Origin: Leucoraja ocellata
Lineage: Eukaryota
Assembly (NCBI GenBank): GCA_036785375.1
Contig: JAWMAR010000136.1
Coordinates: 310,001-374,000, forward strand
Length of the DNA stretch: 64,000 nucleotides
Direction of reading: 5' to 3'
Shown: piece after piece, positions 1-47,600 of the stretch
How positions within the stretch are numbered: position 1 is the first letter of the stretch
How the letters are laid out: the number at the start of each line of letters is the position of its first letter
The notes under the pieces: model-generated
The model's input: the letters and a program-made list of their open reading frames with translations, nothing else
Database searches by the model: none
What the model was told of the DNA's origin: nothing
Program-made: the position numbers and the translations under genes

Positions 1-112
1 TTGGCATGATTTTGTCAAAGACTCCAAATATTGTGGGCAGTTTTAGCTGGTTGGTAGCGGCCACCTGAAGGTTGAGATTCGATTGTTGTAAAATATCTTT
101 ACGACAGTTGTG

Positions 113-268
113 TTTAAGAAAGAAATGCAGATGCTGGAGAAACTCAGCGGGTGAGGCAGCATCTATGGAGCAAAGTCTGAAGAAGGGTCTCGACCTGAAA
201 CGTCGCCTATTCCTTCGCTCCATAGATGCTGCCTCACCTGCTGAGTTTCTCCAGCATTTTGTCTACTT
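113..268 (+). mobile_element. Penelope-like element pseudo-LTR remnant (inverted arms around a hammerhead motif)
   Basis: 41-bp inverted arms 131-171/217-257; same sequence family as the termini of the GIY-YIG-bearing copy at 24.3-24.8 kb. Confidence 0.75.
175..206 (+). ncRNA. Minimal type I hammerhead ribozyme motif
   Basis: GU-CUGAAGA-A-GGGU(CUCG)ACCU-GAAAC-GUC-GC. Confidence 0.55.
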
Positions 269-729
269 TACGACAGGTTTTGTAACTTTACAAGAAATGT
301 TTGATATTTCCTTCAGACAACTTGCATATCAGATTATCTTTTTTTGCTGCCAGGCTTGGAGTTAGGACATTCATATTCAGTGGTTTGTAGAGTCAAACCA
401 TACTGCAGAGATGTGGATTCTGGGAAGATACTTCACTGTATTATTGAGCTCCACCTTACAGTAGAAATGTTGGACCAAGGTCCTGCCAGCTCTCTTTACC
501 GGATGCAATGGCAATGTTTGAAGAGTAGAAGGAAATTCCTCTAGTTTCTTGGCCAATATTTATCCCGTAATTATCAGCACAAAAATATATTGTGGTCACA
601 CATCTTGTACTGTTCTTCCATCTCACAGAGTTAACATGAATAAATTACCGTAAACTTTAGTCGAATTCATGAAACTCTGGAAATATAGCAGGTAATTTGC
701 AGCATGAGATAGAACTTCTTTAGTAAATT

Positions 730-955
730 GGGTGGCATAGTGGAGCAGCGGTAGAGTTGCTGCAGTACAGCGCTTACAGCACCGGAGACTCAGGTTCGAT
801 CCTGACTACGGGTGCTGTCTGTACGAGTTTTCACACTCTCCCCTTAACCGCGTGGGTTTTCTCTGATACCTTCGGTTTCCTCCCACACTCCAAAGACGTA
901 CAGGTTTGTAGGTTAATTGGCTTGACCTGAAATGTAAATTTCTCTTTAGTGTATA
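730..955 (+). mobile_element. tRNA-derived SINE (HE1/V-SINE type), 3'-truncated
   Basis: A box (tggagcagcgg), B box (ggttcgatcc), central cggtttcctcccacactccaaagacg motif; similar to the 6530 copy. Confidence 0.85.
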
Positions 956-3929
956 CAAACCTAATATTTTGTTGGAGGTGCTTCCTAATGCAATTTGTCT
1001 ATGCACTTTAAAGTAGTGAAAATGCTAAATATTCACTGTGGTATAAAGTCTTACAATATTGAATTGTGGGCAATTGGTTGAAATGATTGATTATGCAAAA
1101 ACAAAATGGTGAGAATGATGTGAAAAATAGAAAATAATGCTTAATCTAGAAGGACAAGCAGCAGCAGCAGGTGAGAGAAATAAAGCTAACATTTTGGATT
1201 TTTCAATAAATTGTTCAATTTTACAAGGAACATTAATGTAGCCTAAGCAAACAAACTGGATTTCATCCACTAATTTTCTATTCACTGGCATTTTTGCGTA
1301 CATTGGTTGATACAGTGAGAAAGGCAAGAGCACAATTTTCAACAGGTATTGCTTTCTTGCACTTTTTCTGCGTTAACTGTAGGAATATAAATATGTTAAA
1401 TTAAGTCTATTGCAATCTTTAAGCAGTCAACAGCAGGAGGAAATATCCTGAAATAGCAATGTCAGATTCCAGATAAATGAGTTCCACATATTACATTACA
1501 AACTACGCAGACTCCATTTTTAGAACAGCTGTATTTTGAAACAGACAGTTGATAAATTCTGTGGTAAGCTTACATCAAGGACACTGTTTGAGCTGCTTTA
1601 TTTTGCTTCATATGTAGATTTTCTTCATTTACTGTTGTCCTCAGCACTTTTGTGAAGGGACCATAAAACTATGGGCACTTATGACATCTGAAAGCATAAA
1701 GACCAATGACATAGATAGCCCTGTGATACACTGGCAGTGTCTTCATCAAACAGCATTGTTTCCAAAGATCTTGCTTCAAATAATGTTTGGATAATTAAGA
1801 TTGGTTTGATCTTTGGCTTTGCCCTCTCAATCAAAAAAGCAACAGCATGAAACTTAATCAGGCAGGACAGTTTGGAGAGCGATGTAATTGAACTAATTGC
1901 TATTGAAAATATAATGCAGATGTGGCAGTATTAAAGTGTAAAAGAAAACAAAAATAAGGAAGGTCTCGAAATGTTTAGGATCTGTACATTTGGTTCATTA
2001 AAATGTTATGGGTAAGTGTGAAGAATAATTGCAAAAGGTATTGGAACATTGGCCATGATACACACAGAACCCCAAGAACATAAGGGGGTAAGACATTATA
2101 GTTTACAATGTATAGTTAATTTAAACTATAAAATGTATTTATAGTTTATAACTAGTTTACAGCTAGTTTACAAAGCTTTTTATTGGAGGAACATATGCTG
2201 AAGTTATAAATGACTTGTAATTGGGTATCTGAATGGTGCGCAAAGCATGTTTGCATTTTGCACGACTATCATATTGGGGCACCTACAGTAGCATTGTAAA
2301 ATTGGTCAAAAACATTTGAATGCTTCTCACCCAGAAACAAGTGCTAAGATGGGATTGAGCTTCACCTCTGCTCAGACTGTCTGCTGCTTGCTGGCTAATA
2401 ACTTTCTTGCTACTGTATGGTGTTGTGCTGGAACCCAATGCCAATCTGGAGTTTGCTCTTGCATCAATGGTATGCTCATGGATCAATGAATGAATGAATA
2501 AGTTTATTGACCAAGTATGTAGACATACAAGGAATTTGCCTTGGTGTTCCGGTCGCAAGTAACAACACGACATACAGTAAACCATTACGAATAAAACATA
2601 AATCATTAACACATTAAGAGTAAAACAGGGAGACAGCATGGAGGACTGTGCAGCTAAGCAAAGATAGATGGTGAAGCTTCTACCACACTCAACAGAACCC
2701 AATGACCTGGGTGGTCTGTAACCACACAAATAATGGCCCATGCTCACTGTGGGATCAAGGTACAGTTTTGAGCTTCACATTTAGTGTGACTGGGCACATC
2801 ACCCACCATGGTCCACACAATGAGCTGTGGGATATTCTGACACAGGAGAGCAAAGATTCATATCAGGTCCCTGGCACCTACAATCCCAGCACAGCAGCAC
2901 TGCCAGTAATAGATTTCCTTTTCAGTAATGCTGTAATGTTCCTGTTTAGTTCTTGATTCTGGGGATGCATTCTGTGATCCCAGTGCAGGTTGGAGTGTTC
3001 CGTTCCAATTTACATTGGTAAAGAGTACAAAGGGGTGTGGTAGATTTTTTTTGTCTGAGGGGACTTCTAGAATTCGAGGCCGCACAGGAGTTGGAGACCA
3101 AATCATTAGGTATATTTTTAATGAGGAGTCGGATAAATATTTGAAAGTTTGAAGAATTGCCAGCTATGTGAAAGTGGCTGGCATGGACCAGCCATGATTG
3201 TATTGAATGGTGGGGCAGGTTTGAGGGACATGAGGTTTGAGGTGGGCAACTCCTGTTGCGTTTGTGTACAGGATAGGATAAACAGATAGGATTTTTTTTT
3301 GGTTTTGGGATCCCAAGAACAGGCAAATGGTTTAAGAATTAGTCAGGTCTTTCAGAAGTGAAGTTAGAAAAAAAATGGCAGAGATTTGGAATTCACTTTT
3401 ACAGATGTCAGTGGATACTAGTTCAACTGTTCATTTTATATCAGTAGTTTTTGGTAACAAGGTGAGGGCATTGATCAACATCAGTCCTAAATTGATGGCC
3501 TTAAACGCGACAGGGGTGAATGAACCCAGCTGTCTTCGAGAGGAACGGCTACAATTCTCTGTACTCGTGTCAGAATTGAGCGTTAATTGAGAGCATATTG
3601 TGTCATTAGTTGGCTGTACACTGTCTTCAGAAATGGGCTTCTGCTTGCCTTATTTCAAAAGAATTTGGATTATAGCTATTGGACACCAGTGCATGACAGA
3701 TGTAACATAAAATCAACAAAGTTTCCCAGATGTGAAAGGAGAGAAAATCCAGATAAATGTAGTCCATGATCATCAGGAACAAACTCCAGCAGTTATTTTC
3801 CGATTGCAATGTAACAGGCTAGGGTAATGTAAATGTGGTTTACAAGTAGAAAACCACGAGTTGGGGTGATGACAAAAAGTACATTTCTACCAGAGCCATG
3901 TGTGAATTCTGTGGCTGGAAGTCTTCACT

Positions 3930-4190
3930 CGCAGGGACCCCCCTCCCCCTCCCCCTCCGGTGGCCGAAATCTGCAGCATCCAATCTTCAGCGAGCACCGT
4001 TGTGTGGTGCTTGCGAGCCACGCGTTGACTTGTCCAGCAGCCGGGCGCAGGCGAATGTTACCTGGGGCGAAGTCGGTGCAGCAGGTGCGTAACAAAGGGC
4101 GAGTGTAGACCACGTCTCCCAAAGCAGCGGACAGAGCAAGAATGAAGCGCTGGTGCCTGGAGCCAACCAAGCGGTCCCGGCATGGATGCA
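3930..4190 (+). promoter_or_regulatory. GC/CpG-rich island; candidate promoter and first exon of the ATP12A-like gene (possible coding part 4055-4084, MLPGAKSVQQ, donor gtgcgt)
   Basis: Non-repetitive CpG-rich patch in AT-rich DNA about 6 kb upstream of exon 3; phase-0 CAG|GTGCGT donor. Confidence 0.35.
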
Positions 4191-4549
4191 CATCTTGTTA
4201 ACACTGGAAACCTTTACCAAACTTAAGTGTAAGTTTAAAAAAATCAATCATATTTTAATACAAATTATAAATTAATATATTTATACAGAGCTTGATAGTT
4301 TTACCCCTTCCTCTCCAAAATTATACTCCTACCAGTTTCAACGGGTATATCTATCAACCTAGCTAAAAGTCTGAACACATTTGATTTATTTACTCTGTGC
4401 ATAATAAATCATTTTTCAGCCTGGTCGTTTGTGCAGAAATACCTTTAATTTAATTTTATATTTTCATCCTTGCAACCATGTAGATTGCAACCTGCATCCT
4501 TGCAGAATGAATGCTTTAATTTTTTAATATATTTGTGACACAATGCACA

Positions 4550-4830
4550 GCTAGAAAGCCGCATCCTCACAGGGCCAAAGACCTGCGTTCGATCCTGATC
4601 TCGGATGCTATCTGTGTGGAGTTTGCATGTTCTCCCCGTGACCACGTGGGTTCCCTCCCACATCGCACTAAAGTGCAGGTGGGCAGGTTAATTGCCCCCC
4701 AGTGTGTAAATTAGTGATGGTAATTAATGGAAATGTCGAGGGCATTGGAATTAAAACAAATTGGAACATTGAAAACAAAATGGAATTAATGTAGAATTTG
4801 TGTAAATGGGTGATTGCTGGTCTGTTTCTA
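4550..4830 (+). mobile_element. Degenerate V-SINE-type SINE
   Basis: gttcgatcctga...gtgtggagtttgcatgttctccccgtgaccacgtgggtt. Confidence 0.65.
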
Positions 4831-6529
4831 ATGACATTGCTTCATCATTGCTAATTGTGGTTCGAGGCCTTGGGCCAGGAATGTGACTGGCATCACTACA
4901 AAGTGTGTGAAGATTAAAAACAAATTGCACATGCTGGAAATCTGATAACCTAAAAATATTGGAAACACCCAGCAGTTCAGGCAATATTTGTGAAAAGAGA
5001 CACTGCCAACATCTCAGCTCATGGACCCTTTATCTTGCACGTCTGTCAACTTTCTCTCTGTACAGATACTGACTGACTTGTTGAGTGTTTCCAGCCTTTT
5101 CTGTTTATTGTTCCACAAATTATGTAATGGATGTGAAGGAAATGTTTTGCAGGTTGGTTACTGCTGTAATCTTGTCTGATTTCTGTTTTGCCACTGAATA
5201 ATTTATTATTGAACTCGACGGATGGATCCACAATTATCAGGGTTAGACCTCAATAAAGGGAATCGACTCTAAACCGCATTTTCCTTTGTCAAAGATGCTT
5301 AAATATCTCCAGGTGAACAGTTTTGATTGACCATACTATATTGCAACAACTCGAGAGCCATCCTACTGTTGATCTGGAGAAGAATGGTGGAATCGGAAAG
5401 CAAATAAAAGAGGGAATTTTGCTCCTCTGGCAATTAGTTTAGACATACAGGTTATGAAGTGCCTTTAAGAGTTCACCTTTTTTTTAAACTATATAATATC
5501 ATTAGCAAAAGTTGAGAGTAGGGTGATTTCCAGGTAAACATTATATTGTACTTCTATTGAAGTAAAATAAAAGTGATGAAAAGTGATGAAATATACCCAA
5601 ATTTATTAATTTGGATTAAGGAAGACTTTTTCACAAAGTTTTTGAAATAATTGATGAAATAATGTTCTCAGTGGAATCGGTAACAATATTATAATAATGC
5701 AGGAGAAGGCGATTAAATTAATTGAGGTGCTTTTGCTAGAGTGATTTATGCTTGGAAGTGAGACTGGGTTACAATATATATACAGCACCTTCTCTTTTTC
5801 TTTTCATCCATGGCATCTCAGCTATTTAAAAACATTGTGGGGGTATAGTTCTATTTGAAATAACTATGCATATTTTATTATTTCTTTACATAGACTGGGT
5901 TTAATTACACCTTTATCTGCACTGGTGTTGTATAAATGTGCCCTAAGTACTGGCTTGGGATGTGTAACCACTTTCAATGTCTAAAAATAGTAAATTTCAA
6001 TTAGCTGTATTATTTTTACTTTATTAGTTTGTTTTGAGGGAAATTATTATTAATCTTTGAAGGATGGATTCACAGCAATAATATAAATCCCCTCCTTGAG
6101 TAATTTTTTGGAAGAAACATTAATGTTAATTGCCTGAAGTAGGGTGAGGAGTGGTTAAGAAGGGACTTCCAGAGAGACCTTTCCCCATTTTTGCCCAAGA
6201 ACAAAGCTAAAAGACATTTACTGGATGTCAATCCCACCTGGAATCCATCCATGCAAAGCAACCAGAAGCAAAAACATTTTGTTGACACAAAGAACTGCAG
6301 ATGCTTGTTTTTGTTCATCCTTAACAGAATGCCAAATCTCAAATCAATTAAAATATAATCATGGAAATGTAACTTGCAAAGTAAGCTTTTAATTTGGCCT
6401 GAGATCTGAACTACAGATAATGTTGGTCATGCTCGGGAGGTTAATATTGTTGGAAAGGGAAACTGAGCTGTTATTTCCGGCTCCATCACCTTTCATTAAG
6501 ATCTAAACTACTTTGAGAAAATAAATTTT

Positions 6530-6847
6530 GGGCGGCACGGTGGCACAGCGGTAGAGTTACTGCCTTACAGCACTTGCAGCGCCTGAGACACGGTTTCGAT
6601 CCTGACTACCAGTGCTGTCTGTACAGAGTTTGGACGTTCTCCCCATGACCACGTGGGTTTTTTTTCAGATCTTCGGTTTCATCCTACACTCCAAAGACGT
6701 ACAGGTTTGTAGGTTAATTGGCTTGGTTAAGTGTAAATTGTCCCTAGTGTGTGTGTAGGATGGTGTTCGTGTGCGGGGATCGCTGGTCGGTGCGGACTCG
6801 GTGGGCCGAAGGGCCTGTTTCCGCGCTGTATCTCTGATTAAACTAAA
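6530..6847 (+). mobile_element. Full-length tRNA-derived SINE (HE1/V-SINE type) with CR1-like tail
   Basis: A/B boxes, V-domain-like core, 3' gggccgaagggcctgtttccgcgctgtatctct...aaactaaa. Confidence 0.9.
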
Positions 6848-8482
6848 TATACATTAAAAATCCAGCACAGTCTTCATGCTCACTTCCTCAAATCAAGGGA
6901 AATAAAAACTCAATTGTTCTGCTATATATATAAATCTCTGATTACAGCTAAAGAGCCAGGAAGACGGTGTAAAAGCTCCTTAACTGCATAGTAATTAAGT
7001 ATAAATATTGCAGAATTATTTGGTGTAGAAAATGAGAAGTAGGTAACATTGAAGCAAAGCTACCTATGACCTCTTGAACTGTTAATCAATTCATTCATTG
7101 CAATTTTGCCACATCACCGAGACAGGCAAACAATGGGCTGCTAAGCAACCGCAATTGAACATGACATAAATTAGGACCTTATAATTGGCAACAGCTGATA
7201 GGGGCTGGAAAAGCTAAGCCGTGGTGGCTTGGCTCCTGTGAAGAAGTAATTCCAAAAATGGAAGGTGGGGCTGTGAGCCTGTTTTGGTCCAAGGGCTTAG
7301 ACAAAGACCCAGTGTGGGCCACAAACAGATGAAACTGTGGTCTGTGGAATTTATCCAGGAGTAATTCATCTGCAGGAAATAATGTATTATCAAAACGCCA
7401 CTAACATTCAGCAGGCAAGTACAATCCCCGTTGCTTATAGGGAACTGAGCTGGTTTAGGGAAGGATGATACTATCTTTAGGACCCAGCCTGATGCAGCAT
7501 ACTCTGTCATTCACAGGGTAACCTAGACGTCTTTGTACTTCAGTATATTTCAAGTGATTTTGAAATACTCATAGATTGAAATGCATTTCCCTTTCCCTTG
7601 GAATGGCTAGTATTCCATGTTCGTTCATCGTTAGAGCTCCCTGCCATGTTTTACTGTTCCTTGTTGCAGTGGACACCAATTTTAAAAGCAACAAACTAAA
7701 TGGTGATTGATGGAATGTACTTACAGGCATATCAGTGTTACTTACAGACACAAACTGTGCCCTATTATGTGCAGTTTAGTGGTTTATTGTACAACCGGAT
7801 ACCTATTTGAAAAAAGTGCATTACGTCATATCAGGACACGAACAACAACGTGACATTTAACATGCACTCCATAGATGCTGCTGCACCCGCTGATAAAGTT
7901 CCATATTTTTTTTCTATTTGTCACTGCAATTTACATATTCCTTTTATGGACTGTTGCAGAGGGATAACCTGATAATTCAACAAACCACTTTGGTTCCTGT
8001 CTAATGTCTTCTGTTTGGAATAACCCATATATTTTGACACCCTCGGCATTTAATGTTCCCCTGCCATTTTGGTTGCTCAGGAAGCATCTATTGCAGTCAT
8101 GGTGGGCATTACAGTGAAGTAGATTTGAGTGCACAGAGTACATTTGATGGAATACATTAGTGTCAGCTTCAATTTCCATAAAAACTAATTTGAATTGAGC
8201 TTTGGAGATGACCCTTTCAGTGCAGATTAAAATAGTGAATAACCAAAACATGAAAGACAATTGAACTCGACAACTAGAAGCCAAGTGCAAGGCATTGAAG
8301 TCCCATAATTAAGGGTGATCATGCAAAGGAACACAGGCTGAATTTGATGTCAAGCATAATACACTGGGTATCTGGATAAAGAATGCCAAAAAAAAAAGAG
8401 AATTATGAGCATAGCGATTGGGCTATTAACATAGACTAGGGGGACTATAGTCTCTGTTGTGACTAAGAGAAGGGGGTTGCAT

Positions 8483-9185
8483 CACATCTTGAACAACGGA
8501 TACAGTGGATGAGGTTGGAGGAAGTGCAAGTGATTGTCGGGGTCCCTGAACAGGGTCGAGGGAAGACGTATAGGGACAGGTGTTGCATCTCCTGCGGTTG
8601 CAGGGGAAGGTATCTGGGGAGGGGGTGGTTTGGGTGGGAAGGGATGAGTTAACCAGGGAGTTGTGGAGCGAATGGTCTCTGTGGAAGGCGGAAAGGGATG
8701 GAGATGGGATAGGAACACGTGACTCGTGGTGGGATCCCGTTGGTGGCGAAAATGTCGGAGTATTATGTGTTGTATGCGACGGCTGATGGGGTGAAAGGTA
8801 AGGACTGGAGGGACTCTGTCTCTGTTGCGACTAGGGGGAGGGGGAGCAAGAGTGGAGCTGCAGGGTACTGAGGAGACACTTTAAGGGCCTCATCTACGTT
8901 GGAAGAGGGGAGGCCCCAATCCCAAAAAATGAGAACATCTCGGATGTCGTGGTATGGAACACCTCATCTTGGGCGCAGATGTGGCGTAGACGGAGAAATT
9001 GGGAGTAGGGGATTAGAGGATGGAGTCTTTGCAGGAAGCAGGGTGGGAAGAAATGTAGTCGAGATAGTTGTGGGAGTCAGTGGGTTTGTAATAGATATCA
9101 GTCAATTGTCTATTTCCCATGATGGGGACAGTGAGATCAAGAAAGGGGAGAGAGGTGTCGGAGAAGTGAATTTGAGTTTAGGATG
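8483..9185 (-). mobile_element. Penelope-like element internal fragment (degenerate)
   Basis: Reverse complement resembles the + strand fragment at 57.9-58.9 kb, which leads into pLTR-type sequence. Confidence 0.65.
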
Positions 9186-10310
9186 GTAGTTGAAAATGAT
9201 CCAGGGAGAAACTAGGTGTTTGTGTTTTATCACTGCTGGCCATTCAGTAATTGAGACTCACTGTTCAACTACTTTCACCACAAACAAGAACTTTTTTCAG
9301 TACTTGACCAAGAAGGACTTGTTAAGAATAAAGCAACTAATGTTGAAAAACTATTTGTTAAACTAATCGATCATTACCTATGGTTACCAGTGTTTTAATA
9401 TGTTTGGTTTGTGTATGCGTAATAGGAGAGAGGGAGGGAAATGGCTGCTGTTGTGGTCATTGACTATGGTCCGTAATGCAAAAACTTTATTTCGGATTTT
9501 GCCATTCTCATTTTTGTTTTTGTTAAATTGATAGTCAGTGGGCAAAACAGCAAAACCTTTTAAGAAAATTTGATGATCCAACGCACTATTACTTAGCATG
9601 TGGTAATCTATATACCATGTGGTCCACTATCATTTTGAATCTGTAATATCGACAACCTGTTCTGTTCACAATGTTTATGTGAGCCTGGATGAGTTGTTGT
9701 AAATGGGTAATGCTAAATTCTGTAAACTGAGAATGACGTTATTGTTCTTCAGTGTAAGGCTGATTCTAATTACTGGCAACTAGCTGAGTAATTAAACCAT
9801 GATTAACAGTGAATTGGAGAACCACAGAAGAACTGCAATGATCCAGAGCCATGTGGTAATAATGCTGGCATAATAGATTTTCGGGACTGTGAATGGTACT
9901 TCTATTGATACCCAACACACACTTTTATTTCGCGTTAATGGAAAAGGGAAATACTCCGGGTCCTGGCTCCGGCTGCAAATGTGCTTGCCTTCCTGATCAT
10001 TTGTGCTTTGGCTGCACACCTAATCCACAGTGCGGCCTTAGCTGTACTCTGGACCCCTGGTTCTGACCCCGCACCTTACCTCCACTCTGGACCCCCAGCT
10101 CACATTCCCAACTCACGGTTGATGATCAGGATTTACAAACAATCAAACATCAGATTAATGGAGTTTTGTTTCACTTTCACCTTTTGGATAAATGTAAATA
10201 GAATTAAAGAACTTAAATGTAACAGCAACTTTATTCACAAAATTAACTTTGCTGAAGAAAATAATGGAAGCTACTGAAATTTCTCTAATTTTCATTCTCA
10301 TCTTTTTCAG

Positions 10311-43963
<33,653 letters not shown>

Positions 43964-44266
43964 AGGTTGACTTGCGACTCTTACAACCCTGCGTGTGGCT
44001 CCAAATGCAAGTCAAGTCAGCAGATACGGCCAAGCAGGTAGAAGAGTGAAGAATTACTGTTGAAGCAATAATTCCATGCAGAGGTTTACTTCTATATAAC
44101 TGTTGGAGAGCAGAAAGTGTTGGTATTTTACACTTTAGAAAATACCAAACAGTTGCTGGTTACTTCCCTGCCTGTTCTCTAGTAGTAATTCAGGTCTAGC
44201 ATTATAATGTAAAAACATTCTCATCCAATCATATCCCAGCACTTTGCACAAATTAATTAAATATGA

Positions 44267-44619
44267 AATAAATCATGTGTGGGTTTTCAGCTGCTCTGTA
44301 CCTTATTAAGTCGGTCACAATGAATCAATAGAGCTTTGCATATGTGCTTCTACTCACAGGATCGTGGAATAAACCAAGCATTCTACAATTTGGAGAGAGA
44401 AGCAGAAACATAACTAAAAGAGAACATACCTGTTGCTACTGTCATTGTAAAATACCCAGTGCTTGTTTAATTGTTTTCTGACATCAGTAAAAAAACATTT
44501 GATTATTAATAGAGCAATTTGTTTCATCAATTTCCAAGTCTGGTAGTTAGCAGCTTAGACAAAAAAAAATCAGCACACTTTGAAAATAAGTGGAATTGCT
44601 TTAAATAATATTTAATAAA
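44267..44619 (+). terminator. Candidate poly(A) signals of the ATP12A-like gene
   Basis: AATAAA at 44267, 44368 and 44614, downstream of the stop codon; which one is used is unknown. Confidence 0.5.
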
Positions 44620-44641
44620 TGATTAAATGCAAATTACATTG

Positions 44642-47600
44642 TTAAGTAGAGTGCCTCACGTGCTTCCCTGTGTGAGGTAATAAGGTATATTTATGTCTCC
44701 CTTGAGGTGAAGCACTGTGTTTACCTGATAAACAAATCGTGAAGCAGAGTATTACCAAACAGAAAAGGAGTACTAAATCTACAACACAAAGCTACAAGAA
44801 CTTTTACTATGCGTGTTTGTCTATATTTCAAGCCTGATTGGCATACAGGAGGTTTTAAATCCATTAATTCAGCTGTGACTTTCAAACTACATTTTGAAAG
44901 AACACAAAATGCATACATGAAATTAAAATCTACAAGCATGTTTCTATGATCATCATTAACATTCCAAGATGGCAATATTGCTATGGAGAGAGGATAAAAA
45001 TAGAGTTGCAGGTTAAATCGTGGCTTAAATATTACAATGCCAAACAATCATGGAATAATAATCATTTTGAATTGTCGACAAAACAGGGGAATGTGAACAA
45101 GGGTGTGTGTCTTGAAAAAACAAAAGGGAAACATAGGCAAAACTCTCAAGCCTTGACAGGTGGGATGCGCATGACAGCTTTCCTCAGTTCAGGTTTGGAT
45201 CAATGCTGACAGACTCACAACATGTTAGAAGGTTCCAAGTTGAAGCACTGCTTCAGAAACTGGAACACATAAACTTGGCTCCTATGAAAACTGCATTTTA
45301 ACTGTAGCTTATTAAGATTCTTACCATCTGTCCTGAATGATATGGAGGAAGATGGTGAAGAAGATATCTTGTGCAGCCGTTTTGCTTTTCCTCGGGACTG
45401 ACCTCGAGAATCCATCCGGATTCCTAGTTTAGCTTCAGGAAAAGAAGATCAATAGATGAGGTAAATCTGTATTCAACAAAGGGTGAGTGAAAAAGAGGCC
45501 TTAAGCCAGCGTCTCAAAATCAATTAATTATTCTTTTCTACCGCAGTATTTTTTACAAACAAATGGGGGAACCTATTGCTTTGTCAGTAATGCTGTGAAT
45601 CTCAGAAATACAGTATAAATTACAGCCACTGGTATATGAGGTACATTGATCCCATACATGACTAAATTTGTTCTATTACTTTCATTCTGTACACTGATAA
45701 ATAGAGTTGCTTTCTTCATCCACATGCATTGAACTAAATACTCCGAAGGACACTAAGTGCTGGAGTAACGCAGCTGGTTGGGCAACATCTTTGGAGAACA
45801 AGGATAGGTGACGTTTTGGGTTGGAACGTGAAAAACTGAGATCTTTTTGACTTACCTAAGAATTTTGGTGTGACAATATTATTATTGTTCAGTAAAGGTG
45901 TATATGTTGGTTTGGAGGGACTGACAGGCCCTGGAAGATATAAAAGTATACACAACCACTTTAAAAACTTTTTACTAAAACAGAGATTTGTACTTAAATG
46001 TTTCTATGTCCTCCAGTCCAGATGGCGAGGGTCAGAGATGAGGGGGGTCCCCAGACGCTATATGCCATCACTGTCACTATGTACATTTCATAAAAAGCTA
46101 GATTCATCTACAGTTTACGATCAACGAATGAAATAATGATTTTTTTTTAACCAGTGTTATGCTTTGTAGCATTGGTTTACATTAAATGCAATGTTAGTTT
46201 GCAAGCATTGGTTGTTATTTTATCCCTCTCTATCACTCAATCTTTTATTGCTGCTTTTTCTGTTTTCACGTGATCAGATCCTGTGTGACTGGCAGCAATC
46301 TGATCTGAAATGAATGTTCATTTTTTTCCATTTTGCTTTGGTAACTGTAAACTTACCCATTCTTGCCCCATAATTACTCCTTTTCTTTTGAGGAACTAAC
46401 TTACTGTTCACACCAAGTAGAACATAGACCTCTCTTCCAGTCAAGATATCAGAGGAGTACGAATGTTGGTTTAGTAATAGATTTTTCACCTCTCCATTCT
46501 CATCTGCTAGATCAATCTCAGCTGAAATAAAAGTGCAACAGAAGCTTGTTATTGGCAAAAATAACCAGCTATGACAGATTGATTTCCTCCATAACTCATT
46601 TCTGTCTACAAATGAATCATTTCTAATGATCTTGCATTGCTTTTATTTAACCCTACATCACAACAATCCATTTCCTTCATCTCATTTATCCTATCATTCA
46701 CAATACCACTATTCTAGCTGTGTAGTCATTTAATAAGGAATACTTGCCTTTAAGCAGATTTAACATATGCTTCCAGATCCAAAGCCACCTTTGGAAAAAT
46801 CTGACTATGAGTTGATAACAATTTGGTCACAATACCTGATTAAGGAACATTTTCTCCTAAAGGATTACCAAATCTCTTTCCCTCAATACGGTGAAAACAA
46901 AGCACTACAAACATGAAGACAACACTTTTCTATATTTACAGGTTTAATCTCTCTAATATTTCACTTGCTTATTATGTATGATGCAGCTCTACTTACACTG
47001 GAACTTCACTAGTAGATGGTAGTATCTCCTTCGCTACGGAAAGATACAAAATGCTGGAGTAACTTAGCAGGTCAGGGCATGGATTGGTGACGTTTTGGGT
47101 CAAGGCTTCTTCAGTCTGAAGGGTTCAACCCAAAAAAAATCACATATCAGGGTCTCAACATGAAACAGTGCCCATCCATATTCATCAGAGCTGCTGCCTG
47201 ACCCACTTAGCTACTCCAGCATTTTGTGTCTTTCCTTGGTTAACCAGCATCTGCAGTTCAGTATTCCTGCATCACCAGATATGTTTTACGGAGGAAGCTT
47301 CTAATTCTGGCAATTTCTTATCTGGTTCATTTGATGATATCATCCTTCCATATCTTAGTTGGTCATGATGATGTGTCATCGTATAAATAGGTGAATTAGG
47401 AGTGAGATTAGATCATGTGTCAACTAAGCCTGCCCCACTGATTGTAACCTCAATTCCTCATTCTATTCTCCACCTTGCCCATCAAGAATCCATCTACAAA
47501 TTGCCTTAAAAAAAAATCAAAGACTGTCCACTTCATATCTCTACAATTGGACCTAGAGCAAAATTAATAATTTCTCTTACCTTCAGTCTCATAATGACAG

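Noticed and set aside
730-810. tRNA gene
   Set aside because: tRNA-like A/B boxes are the head of a SINE and continue into V-SINE body sequence
6328-6380. Candidate ATP12A exon 2 (good acceptor, gtaagc donor)
   Set aside because: No similarity to P2C N-termini; the phase does not fit the 4084 donor, and joining to the 4229 donor creates a stop
43968-44016. 9-bp inverted repeat ttgacttgc/gcaagtcaa right after the TGA (readthrough or SECIS-like signal)
   Set aside because: Short stem without SECIS core features; the protein ends at the conserved YY terminus
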